Made by a program: the position numbers and the translations under genes. From Prevotellaceae bacterium (GTDB lineage: Bacteria; Bacteroidota; Bacteroidia; Bacteroidales; Paludibacteraceae): a DNA stretch of 44,379 bases. Where the stretch lies: positions 1 to 44,379 of the forward strand of contig JAISXJ010000119.1 of the NCBI GenBank assembly GCA_031270565.1. Direction: 5' to 3'. A model generated the notes under the pieces. That model was not told the DNA's origin. It ran no database searches and worked only from the letters and a program-made list of their open reading frames with translations. Shown one piece after another: positions 9,178-17,584 of this stretch (its first letter is position 1; every line of letters starts with the position of its first letter).

Positions 9178-11250
9178 ATGAATATCCGAGCACGCTTTTG
9201 TGGATTGCTTCTAAGCGTTATGACGATGGGAACAGCAACGGCACAGCAAACATTGCCTGTGGAACGTGTCATCGAAAACATATTCGACTATATCAGTGAC
9301 GAACTGGAATCAGAACAGGAACCCGACTACGAAGCGCTTTACGAAACACTCACACACTACGCCGAAAACCCGCTCAATCTCAACACCGTTACAAAAGACA
9401 AACTCAACACACTGATGTTTCTATCCGATGAACAAGCCGAAAATCTGCTTTATTATATCTATCGGTACGGACCTATGCAGAGTATTTACGAATTGCGTCT
9501 GGTAACTAAAATGGACAGATTCACAATAGATTTACTGCTGCCGTTTGTTACGGTAGAACAGACGCCGGACAACGACCATTGGGAATTATTACCTCTTCTG
9601 AAACAGGGCAAACACGAAATCACCGTCCGTTTCGACGGTACGGTCGAAAAAAAGCAGGGATACACGTCTATCTCTGACGAAGATTTGGCGCTGCATCCAA
9701 ACAGTCGCTATACAGGCGACCCCTTTTATACATCGTTGAAATACCGTTTTCACGCTAAGGACAGAATCTATGCCGGACTGACTGCAGAAAAAGACGGCGG
9801 CGAACAGTTTTGGGGACAAAATCACAAAGGTTATGACGCCTATTCGGGATATATTCAGTTAAACGATTTGTGGAAATTCAGCCGCATAGTCGTTGGCGAC
9901 TATCGGGCTTCCTTTGGACAGGGACTGGTGATGAACGGCAATTACAGCACGGGACGGTCGGGTGATGTTATGAACATGATGCTGCGTGCTACGGGATTAA
10001 CCAGAAAATCGTCCACCGATGAATATGGCTTTTTACGCGGCATTGGCGCAACTATGGCGTTCAAGCGCTGGCAGATAACAACATTCTACTCGGTGCGCAG
10101 AATGGATGCCGACACCACATCGGGCAGTTTCCCCTCGTTCAAAACGGACGGACTGCACCGCACGGCGCTGGAACTGGAGCGCAAAAACAGCCTCTTACAG
10201 CAGGTTGCAGGAGGAAATCTGTCGTTTCGGCATCGTGGGATTCGGGTGGGAATAACCGCATTGCACGTCCGCTTCAATATGCCGATGATTCCCGCTGACG
10301 AGCCTTATAAACACTATCAGTTTCACGGAACACAGCAAAGCGGACTGGGTATTGACTATTACGTCAAACTTAACAGGATCACGCTCTTCGGCGAAACTGC
10401 CGTTAATCAGGCAGCGGGAATAGCCACCGTCAACGGCTGTGTGTTTTCGCCGTCTTCGGCGGTGCATTTTACGGTGGTACAGCGTTATTATTCTCCCAAA
10501 TACGACATGATTTATGCGCGTTCATTCGCCAAAAGCAATACAAACAATGAAAGCGGTGTTTATCTGGCTGCACAGTTTTTTCCTGCCGGAAGATGGCGGT
10601 TGTCTGCTTCGGGCGATGTGTATCGCTATCCGTGGATTCGATATAATGTGAACGCTCCGGCAACCGGTTACGACGCGCTGTTACAGCTTGATTTTCGTGC
10701 ATCGAATACGGTGGAAATATACTGTCGCGGGCGGTATGGCATGTCGCCGTATAACTATCAGACGCCGCTTAATCCGGTGGCGCAGCTTAATTTGCAACAG
10801 CGTACCTCCGTGCGGTTTAATGTTGTCTGTCGTTATGCGAATGTCCTGTTGCGCAGTTGTGTGGAAGCAAACGCCGTTCGGCAGCCTGAAACGACAAATC
10901 CTGACCCTGTTACAGGCTTTTTGCTCTTTCAGGACGTGGTTTATACCCTGCCATGGCTTAATATGACCATTGGTTTACGCTATGCCATGTTCGATGCGCG
11001 GGATTATGCAAATCGTTTCTACGTTTACGAACGGGATGTGCCATTGATGATGTCTGTGCCGATGCTTTATGGCGTCGGCAGTCGATGGTATGCCACTGTT
11101 GGATACAAAATCACCCAAAGCATGACCTGTTACCTGCGTTTCGCACAGACGGTTTACAGCGACGACCGCACTGTTATCGGCAGCGGTACAGAGCAGATAG
11201 ACGGCAACAGGAAATCCGACTTCCGTATCTATTTTCGGTGGAAAATTTGA
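9178..11250 (+). CDS. helix-hairpin-helix (ComEA-like) domain outer-membrane protein
   Basis: Signal peptide, PLNLNTVTKDKL...YGPMQSIYELRLV HhH segment, EKDGGE and GDYRASFGQGL motifs, barrel-like C-terminus (FRWKI); ATG at 9178. Confidence 0.75.
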   Translation: MNIRARFCGLLLSVMTMGTATAQQTLPVERVIENIFDYISDELESEQEPDYEALYETLTHYAENPLNLNTVTKDKLNTLMFLSDEQAENLLYYIYRYGPMQSIYELRLVTKMDRFTIDLLLPFVTVEQTPDNDHWELLPLLKQGKHEITVRFDGTVEKKQGYTSISDEDLALHPNSRYTGDPFYTSLKYRFHAKDRIYAGLTAEKDGGEQFWGQNHKGYDAYSGYIQLNDLWKFSRIVVGDYRASFGQGLVMNGNYSTGRSGDVMNMMLRATGLTRKSSTDEYGFLRGIGATMAFKRWQITTFYSVRRMDADTTSGSFPSFKTDGLHRTALELERKNSLLQQVAGGNLSFRHRGIRVGITALHVRFNMPMIPADEPYKHYQFHGTQQSGLGIDYYVKLNRITLFGETAVNQAAGIATVNGCVFSPSSAVHFTVVQRYYSPKYDMIYARSFAKSNTNNESGVYLAAQFFPAGRWRLSASGDVYRYPWIRYNVNAPATGYDALLQLDFRASNTVEIYCRGRYGMSPYNYQTPLNPVAQLNLQQRTSVRFNVVCRYANVLLRSCVEANAVRQPETTNPDPVTGFLLFQDVVYTLPWLNMTIGLRYAMFDARDYANRFYVYERDVPLMMSVPMLYGVGSRWYATVGYKITQSMTCYLRFAQTVYSDDRTVIGSGTEQIDGNRKSDFRIYFRWKI

Positions 11251-11488
11251 CACTTAAAGCGTTATTTTTTTATCACTTTTTTTATCTGATTATCTATTTG
11301 GATAAAATACACGCCTCCGGATAAATGACCGATATTTATAAACTCTCCGTTTGATACCTGTCGAAACGTATCGCAACGTGTACTTCGGCGATAAAAGGAT
11401 ATGTGCCGTTTTTTGTGAAAATATTTTGCGTGCCTTGCGGGGCATTTGTTTTTTGCTCATAAAATTTGTCTCATTCAAAAAAAGACAT

Positions 11489-11496
11489 TACTTTTG
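11489..11496 (+). promoter_or_regulatory. -7 box (TACTTTTG) for tRNA-Pro
   Basis: TAnnTTTG 25 bp upstream of the tRNA. Confidence 0.6.
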
Positions 11497-11521
11497 TGCC
11501 CGATTATTGTCTATGACAAAA

Positions 11522-11596
11522 CGGGGTGTAGCGCAGTCCGGTTAGCGCACCTGCTTTGGGAGCAGGGGGTCGAAGGTTCGAATCCTTTCACCCCGA
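11522..11596 (+). tRNA. tRNA-Pro (anticodon TGG)
   Basis: CGGGGTG/CACCCCG acceptor stem, CCTGC-TTTGGGA-GCAGG anticodon arm, GGTTCGAATCC T-arm; CCA not encoded. Confidence 0.97.
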
Positions 11597-11615
11597 CAAA
11601 TAAAATCGAATAGAG

Positions 11616-11650
11616 AAAAGTGGTTATGCAGTGTATAACCGCATTTTGTT
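11616..11650 (+). terminator. hairpin downstream of tRNA-Pro
   Basis: GTGGTTATGC / GTATAACCGC stem followed by a T-rich tract. Confidence 0.55.
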
Positions 11651-11664
11651 TATGCCTTTCATCT

Positions 11665-11725
11665 CTTTGTGTTTTTCGCGAATCTTTAATTATCCATTAA
11701 AAAAAAAGGCGTATCTTTGCGCCTG
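11665..11725 (+). repeat. 61-bp direct repeat, left copy; contains the -7 promoter box TATCTTTG
   Basis: 60/61 identical to 15594-15654. Confidence 0.95.
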
Positions 11726-11820
11726 AAATAAAACAGAAAAATTATAGAATATGATTTATATTAAATAAACAGATTATTAGACATATAGATTAGCGTTTTG
11801 CTATTTCTTGCTTCAGAAAT

Positions 11821-12150
11821 GTGAGAGTTTCTTTTAGTAATTGCAAGAATGGGTGAGCGTTCGCAGAAGTGCGGGCTTAACTTATTTGTAATTACGGGCA
11901 TTTCTCACAGCCTCTGAAGCGGATATTTAAGTCCGCTTTCTTTTTTGTCAAAAATCCGACGACGGCTTGACCGCCACTATCATATACAGAACTGCAAACT
12001 GCCCATAAATCGCAGAGTGAAACTGCAAAACACTCAAAAAGAATGCAGGAAAGAGCAGTAACTTTCTAAAAAACGGGCGCACTACTTCCCACGAAAAGCC
12101 ATAAGAGTAGAGGGAACTAATTAATGTCCGTAAAGGAATGGACGTAAAAC
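11821..12150 (+). ncRNA. candidate structured leader RNA / attenuator
   Basis: No ORF of 60 aa or more. GTGAGA/TCTCAC long-range stem, AAGCGGA/TCCGCTT hairpin plus T-tract, and further stems (GTCC...GGAC) just before the ATG. Confidence 0.45.
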
Positions 12151-12160
12151 AAATTTTAAA

Positions 12161-12397
12161 ATGAAAACAAAATTTATTTTAGTAAGTCTAACTGCCATCA
12201 TTGGTTTGGTTGTATTTTTAGTATCCTGTTCAAAAGACGATGAAATGAAAAGTTGTAATTGTACAGAGCATGACGGTTATGGATATTCCGCAACCAGAGT
12301 AGTAGCCCCCGCCAGTTTTGGTGCATCCAATTGTTCAGATTTGGAACTAAAATTAAAGACAGCGTCAGGTGGTGAATTCTATTACACTTGTAACTAA
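12161..12397 (+). CDS. small Cys-rich lipoprotein
   Basis: Lipobox LVSC followed by an SKDDE export-like signal; four further Cys in 55 residues. Confidence 0.8.
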   Translation: MKTKFILVSLTAIIGLVVFLVSCSKDDEMKSCNCTEHDGYGYSATRVVAPASFGASNCSDLELKLKTASGGEFYYTCN

Positions 12398-12413
12398 TTA
12401 ATCGTTTAATTTG

Positions 12414-12449
12414 AAGACAGGATTTTCAGAAAAAATCCTGTCTTTTTTT
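12414..12449 (+). terminator. intrinsic terminator after the lipoprotein gene
   Basis: AAGACAGGATTTT / AAAATCCTGTCTT stem followed by Ts. Confidence 0.75.
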
Positions 12450-12461
12450 CTTCTTAAGTAA

Positions 12462-13343
12462 ATGAAAAAAAAAGTTGGAATATATACCTTCATCACAGGA
12501 ATATTATTTTTGATTACAGGAATTGCAAAATCATTAAACGTATCTGCTTTTTCGGATTTAATTACTCAATATGGGTTCGACAGATTATCATTTTTAGCGC
12601 CGTTTATTGTTTTGGCAGAAGTCTTCTTTGGTTTATTACTCATTTTTAATTTGGGGTTAAAGCATACGGCTGTGGCATGTATGTTTTTGACAGCGCTATT
12701 TACCTTGATTTATTTTTATGGGTTTGCTTTTAACGGAATAGAGGATTGTGGCTGCTTCGGAGAAATTACGGTATTAAATACATCTTTTGTTTTTACGTTT
12801 ATTCGCAATGCCGTTTTGATTTATTTATTGATAGTAGTCTGGCGAAATAGCGAAAACAGTTGGAAAATGAATAAATGGATTGCAGGGTTTGTATTAGCAG
12901 TTATGTGTATGGTCGCATTTATATCCGGTTATACTTATCGTTCTGCAAGCAAAATTCAGAATACAGGAAAATATGCTACCTCAACGGTGGATAATACCAT
13001 ACTCAAAGAGTTTGTCTCTACATCCGGAGATTCTACCTATCTGGTATTCGTATTTACTTACTTTTGTCCTCATTGCATGAATTCTATTGAAAACTTGAAA
13101 CAATATGAGTCTTTAGATATAGTGGACAAAGTTATTGGTATAGCATTGGAAGATACTATTGCCGAAAGGAAATTCAGAGAAATTTTCAAACCGGAATTTG
13201 TTATAAAAAATTATCCTGCAAAAATTCTATTTCGTTTAACAAATTCTTTCCCTGTTGCCTATTATATAAAACATAATTCGATAGTGGCAGAAATATCGGG
13301 TGAATTGCCTTGCGGTTATATATTCGCTCAAAAAATAAGGTAA
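12462..13343 (+). CDS. MauE/DoxX family membrane protein fused to a thioredoxin-like domain
   Basis: About five TM helices with the DCGCFG MauE motif; soluble C-terminal domain with CPHC. Confidence 0.8.
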   Translation: MKKKVGIYTFITGILFLITGIAKSLNVSAFSDLITQYGFDRLSFLAPFIVLAEVFFGLLLIFNLGLKHTAVACMFLTALFTLIYFYGFAFNGIEDCGCFGEITVLNTSFVFTFIRNAVLIYLLIVVWRNSENSWKMNKWIAGFVLAVMCMVAFISGYTYRSASKIQNTGKYATSTVDNTILKEFVSTSGDSTYLVFVFTYFCPHCMNSIENLKQYESLDIVDKVIGIALEDTIAERKFREIFKPEFVIKNYPAKILFRLTNSFPVAYYIKHNSIVAEISGELPCGYIFAQKIR

Positions 13344-13452
13344 TGATGCCAAAAATGGTTAATTCTTTTTTTGAGGCGCTATGAAAAATATCCGGCTACT
13401 CGGTAGAGGAAAAAATCTTTGTTGTTTGTTCCGTAGTTGGCGGAGTAGAAAC

Positions 13453-13477
13453 GTTGCATTTTTCCGTTGAGCCTCTC
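13453..13477 (+). repeat. 25-bp direct repeat, left copy
   Basis: GTTGCATTTTTCCGTTGAGCCTCTC is identical at 15569-15593. Confidence 0.95.
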
Positions 13478-13485
13478 GGCTTTGG

Positions 13486-13528
13486 GGTTAATTCTTTTTT
13501 TGGGGGTGCTATAAAAAAAGAATTAACC
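13486..13528. repeat. 16-bp-arm perfect palindrome; half copies at 13357-13382 and 44314-44345
   Basis: GGTTAATTCTTTTTTT-GGGGGTGCTAT-AAAAAAAGAATTAACC. Confidence 0.85.
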
Positions 13529-13592
13529 AATTGCCTACAAATTTCGGGGATTGACGGATTTTCACTACTTTTACACTCAAAATTAAGAAGAT

Positions 13593-15158
13593 ATGGCTAT
13601 ACAAGTCAATGTTGAAAAACTGCTTTTGGGTAAATCCGTTGAAAACGAGCGGATAGAATACAAGAAAGGTTGGAATCCTGCGGCAATTTACCGCACCATC
13701 TGCGCCTTTGCCAATGATTTTGAGAACATTGGCGGAGGTTACATTATCGTTGGTGCAGAGGCAGAAAACGGCAGGGCAAAACGCCCTATCACAGGCATTC
13801 CGACAACTGAATTGGACACTATTCAAAAGAAAATGGTTGAGTATAACAAACTTATCAAGCCATATTATGCACCGAAAATCAGTATCGAAGAAATTGACGG
13901 CGTTTCGATTCTCATCATTCAGGTAACTGACGGCGATAAGCGTCCGTATGAAGCGCCGGAAGATGTTACAGTTAAAGATAAGAAGTACCGCTATTTTATT
14001 CGTCTGTATGCCAGCACCGTTCAGGCAGATAAAGACCAGAGAGATGAACTGATTAGCATAAGTAACCATACGCCTTACGATGACCGCGTAAACTCTAAAG
14101 CCGAAGTTGAAGATATTTCGCCGTTATTGGTGCGTGAGTATTTGCAGGAAATCGAAAGCGAGTTGTTGGAAGAAATGGAAACAGGCTCAATAACAAATAT
14201 TTATAAGGCTATGGATTTGGTTGGCGGGCAAGAAGAAAACCTGCATCCGAAAAACATTGCCCTGATGATGTTTAACCACCATCCCGAAAAGTTTTTCCCA
14301 TATTCCAGAATTGAAATTGTGGAGTTCCCAAATGGTTTGGGCGACCCTACTTTTTTTGAAAAGCCTGCCATCACGGGACCCGTAAACGCGCAAATACATA
14401 AAGCGCTTGAACAAATCAAAAATGTCGTTTTGAAAGAACGAATCTATAAAAAACCAGACCAACCCGAATCCGACAGGGCTTGGAATTATCCGTATCGTGC
14501 TTTGGAAGAATCCATTACAAATTCTTTATATCACAGAAATTGGGAAATTCGTGAGCCAGTTGAAATTCGCATTTTGCCAGATGCTATTGAAATTATCAAT
14601 CAAGGCGGACCCGACAGAAGCGTGAAAATGGAAGAAATACGGCGTGGCGACATTCGTAATAGGCGTTACCGAAACCGACGTATCGGCGATTTTCTCAAAG
14701 ATTTGGATATGACCGAAGGACGCGGAACAGGTATCCCTATTATTCGTCGCGAAATGAAAAAAAACGGCTCGCCCGAACCGATTTTTGAAACCGACAACAA
14801 CCACAGTTATTTTATCGCAAGATTACCCATACACCCTGCTTTTGGGGGAAAATTCGATGATGCTGAGGGAGTAAATGATGATATTAAAATAACTGAAAAT
14901 CAATTAGATAAGATTTACAAACTTATACGTAAGGGAGTAAATGAGGGAGTAAATGAGGGAGTATTCAACATTGTAAATCTCTTATTAAACGTTTCAGGAC
15001 TGAATGCAACCGAAATATCAATACGAATAGGTAAAAGCATCTCAACAGTAGAGCGTTATTTGCGATTATTGCGCAGGAAAGGGATTATAGACTTCAAGGG
15101 TGCGCCCAAAATTGGCGGCTATCATTTAACCGATAAAGCAAAAGACAAATTGAAATAG
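13593..15158 (+). CDS. AlbA_2 (Schlafen-like) / RecG-C-type (HATPase_c_4) / HTH protein
   Basis: ENERIEYK...ICAFAND...GGYIIVG AlbA_2 motif; YPYRALEESITNSLYHR, YRNRRIGDFL, EGRGTGIP; C-terminal wHTH ending GAPKIGGY. Confidence 0.88.
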   Translation: MAIQVNVEKLLLGKSVENERIEYKKGWNPAAIYRTICAFANDFENIGGGYIIVGAEAENGRAKRPITGIPTTELDTIQKKMVEYNKLIKPYYAPKISIEEIDGVSILIIQVTDGDKRPYEAPEDVTVKDKKYRYFIRLYASTVQADKDQRDELISISNHTPYDDRVNSKAEVEDISPLLVREYLQEIESELLEEMETGSITNIYKAMDLVGGQEENLHPKNIALMMFNHHPEKFFPYSRIEIVEFPNGLGDPTFFEKPAITGPVNAQIHKALEQIKNVVLKERIYKKPDQPESDRAWNYPYRALEESITNSLYHRNWEIREPVEIRILPDAIEIINQGGPDRSVKMEEIRRGDIRNRRYRNRRIGDFLKDLDMTEGRGTGIPIIRREMKKNGSPEPIFETDNNHSYFIARLPIHPAFGGKFDDAEGVNDDIKITENQLDKIYKLIRKGVNEGVNEGVFNIVNLLLNVSGLNATEISIRIGKSISTVERYLRLLRRKGIIDFKGAPKIGGYHLTDKAKDKLK

Positions 15159-15568
15159 CCGATGTCCCACCACCCACCCCAAAACAATCCGCATCCACGC
15201 CGACGAACTGAAAATTTGGCAGGAGTTAGCCAATGAACTCTCTGAACATCCATTGTTTCTGGAGGCGGACTTCGATTGTATTCATATTGTTTCAAAAACA
15301 CAAACGCTTGACCCTCTCGCCACTGAAACAAATATATTTTCGCAAGTTCAAATAGTAAATGCAACTAAAATAAGAAAAAACCTCTGTTGGGGGCATGCCC
15401 CAATCGAAGATTGAGAAAAAAGTTTTTACTTTGTAATTGCAATGAAAAATAAAAAAAGATTTTAAAAACTTCAGTAACAGCAATATTAAACTTTTTCAAC
15501 ATAAAATTAATAGAAGACCAAGAAAACTACTTAACTTTGAGGCGCCTTTAGAAGGCTTTTCAAAGAAA

Positions 15569-15654
15569 GTTGCATTTTTCCGTTGAGCCTCTCCTTTGTG
15601 TTTTTCGCGAATCTTTAATTATCCATTAAAAAAAAAGGCGTATCTTTGTGCCTG
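15569..15654 (+). repeat. abutting right copies of the 25-bp (15569-15593) and 61-bp (15594-15654) direct repeats
   Basis: Direct comparison with 13453-13477 and 11665-11725. Confidence 0.95.
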
Positions 15655-15719
15655 CTTTTCGAGGTGATGCAGATTGTAAACGTCTCACCGGGTATCTACA
15701 AAACAATGGCGCTATCATT

Positions 15720-16295
15720 ATGTCAATGAGAACCAAGATTCAAGTACAGGTTTTAGGGGTTTCGACACCCAAAGTTCAGTCGGAGATATGTATATTGCTT
15801 CTGGGAGAGTGTGACGGTTCCCGCCACGTCCCTGTTGTAATCGGCAATCAGGAAGCATACGCCATCGTCTCTGCTATGGAGGTGCCTGCCGTCAAACGTA
15901 CTCTGGTACACGACCTGTTTATCAAATTGACAACACATTATCACATCAATCTCCGCGAAGTTTATATTTACAGATTTCAGGAGGATGTTTTTCTTGCCGA
16001 AGTCCACTTTGAACATCTTGAAGAGCTGTTCACCTCAACGGTACGTGTCTCTGACGCCATCGCGCTGGCTTTGCGCGGCGGATGTCCGATTTATACGGAA
16101 GAGTCTATTTTGACCACCGACACCACAGTAACCGTTAAGACATCGAAACCGTTCCACGAACTGACACTTCCGGAACTTCAAGAGATGTTACAACTATCCG
16201 TCAGTAAGGAAATGTATGAGCAGGCTGCACTTATCCGTGATGAAATCAGTCGTCGTCAATCTGCACAGACATCAAATGATTCTTTTATATTTTAA
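15720..16295 (+). CDS. bifunctional nuclease (DUF151) family protein with a C-terminal UvrB/UvrC motif
   Basis: PVVIGNQEAYAI, RTLVHDL, RVSDAIALALR, EMYEQAALIRDEI. Confidence 0.88.
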   Translation: MSMRTKIQVQVLGVSTPKVQSEICILLLGECDGSRHVPVVIGNQEAYAIVSAMEVPAVKRTLVHDLFIKLTTHYHINLREVYIYRFQEDVFLAEVHFEHLEELFTSTVRVSDAIALALRGGCPIYTEESILTTDTTVTVKTSKPFHELTLPELQEMLQLSVSKEMYEQAALIRDEISRRQSAQTSNDSFIF

Positions 16296-16307
16296 AATTG
16301 TTACGCT

Positions 16308-17567
16308 ATGAAACTTCGTTTAATTGTGATGAATTTTTTCCAGTTCTTCGTTTGGGGAGCATGGATGATGACGCTTGGTCATTATGGTTTTGTTGAGAAA
16401 CACTGGGACGGTGCACAGTTTGGGCTGGTCTTCTCAACGATGGGATTTGCTTCGCTCATTATGCCGACCCTTTTTGGCATCCTCGCCGACAAATGGAAAG
16501 CAAACTACGTTTATGCTATTCTGCATTTGCTTTTTGGCATTACGATGTGCTTTTTGCCTTTTATTGACGCTCCGACGCCGTTCTTCTGGGTTTTGCTGCT
16601 TGCAATGTGTTTCTATATGCCCACCATCGGATTGGACAATTCTATCGGATTCAGTGTATTAAAAGGGGAGGGAAAAGACCCTACCAAATATTTCCCGCCC
16701 ATACGTGTTTGGGGTACAGTGGGCTTTATTGTGGCGATGTGGCTCACTAATCTGTTCACCAAAGAGTGGGGACTTGGACAAAGTATCAGGGTGTCTTTCT
16801 TTATTTCTGCCGTTGGCGCATTTTTCCTGTCGCTCTTTTCCTTTATTCTGCTGCCGACCATCAAAAAAGTAGAAAATAAGTCTGCAGGCAAAAAATCTCT
16901 GGTAGAAAAGTTAGGCTTGGAAGCATTCGTATTATTCAAACAAAAGAAAATGGCGGTGTTCTTCATCTTCAGCCTCTTTCTCGGCGGCGCACTGCAACTT
17001 ACCAATGCATACGGCGACAGCTTTTTACAGGATGCAAACGTCTTTAAGAAAGGTGAGCTGATTAATAATTTTTCAACCATCATTCTCTCCATCTCACAAA
17101 TCTCCGAGACGCTGTTTATTCTTGCCATTCCTTTCTTTATGAAGAAATTCGGCATAAAAAAGGTGATGCTAATCAGTATGTTTGCGTGGGTTTTGCGTTT
17201 TGGACTGTTTGGATTTGCCGAAAATTCGGCGTTAGGTTTTGCATTGATTATTGTGTCGTGCGTGGTTTACGGTATGGCATTTGATTTTTTCAATATTTCG
17301 GGCGCACTATTCGTAGAACAGAATACCGATTCAAAAATTCAGTCCTCTGCACAGGGCGTATTTATGCTGATGACTAATGGTATCGGCGCCGTTTTGGGAA
17401 ATATCATTGCAGGGCAGGTTATCGCTAAATGGTTTGAAACCAAAGTAGGCGAAGAACTCATAAAGGACTGGTCAAATATCTGGCTTGTATTTGCCGGATA
17501 TGCACTTATCATAGCCCTGTTGTTCGCGGTTATTTTCAAATACAAACATACGGCACAGAAAGCCTGA
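16308..17567 (+). CDS. nupG: MFS nucleoside:H+ symporter (NupG/XapB family)
   Basis: MNFFQFFVWGAW, FPPIRVWGTVGF, SQISE, FDFFNISG, MTNGIG motifs. Confidence 0.9.
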   Translation: MKLRLIVMNFFQFFVWGAWMMTLGHYGFVEKHWDGAQFGLVFSTMGFASLIMPTLFGILADKWKANYVYAILHLLFGITMCFLPFIDAPTPFFWVLLLAMCFYMPTIGLDNSIGFSVLKGEGKDPTKYFPPIRVWGTVGFIVAMWLTNLFTKEWGLGQSIRVSFFISAVGAFFLSLFSFILLPTIKKVENKSAGKKSLVEKLGLEAFVLFKQKKMAVFFIFSLFLGGALQLTNAYGDSFLQDANVFKKGELINNFSTIILSISQISETLFILAIPFFMKKFGIKKVMLISMFAWVLRFGLFGFAENSALGFALIIVSCVVYGMAFDFFNISGALFVEQNTDSKIQSSAQGVFMLMTNGIGAVLGNIIAGQVIAKWFETKVGEELIKDWSNIWLVFAGYALIIALLFAVIFKYKHTAQKA

Positions 17568-17584
17568 GACATTAGACATTATTT

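Larger units (their letters stand above)
11665..15654. mobile_element. ~4-kb integrase-free genomic islet downstream of tRNA-Pro
   Basis: Bounded by 61-bp direct repeats, visibly AT-richer than its flanks, and carries only accessory genes. Confidence 0.7.

Noticed and set aside
11575-11600. Classical tRNA attL/attR duplication
   Set aside because: I found no second copy of the tRNA-Pro 3' end in the window. The duplicated sequence starts about 70 bp downstream.
11860-11900. Pistol-like ribozyme on the minus strand (AAATAAGTTAAGCCC)
   Set aside because: Only a superficial motif match; the required stems and pseudoknot could not be built.
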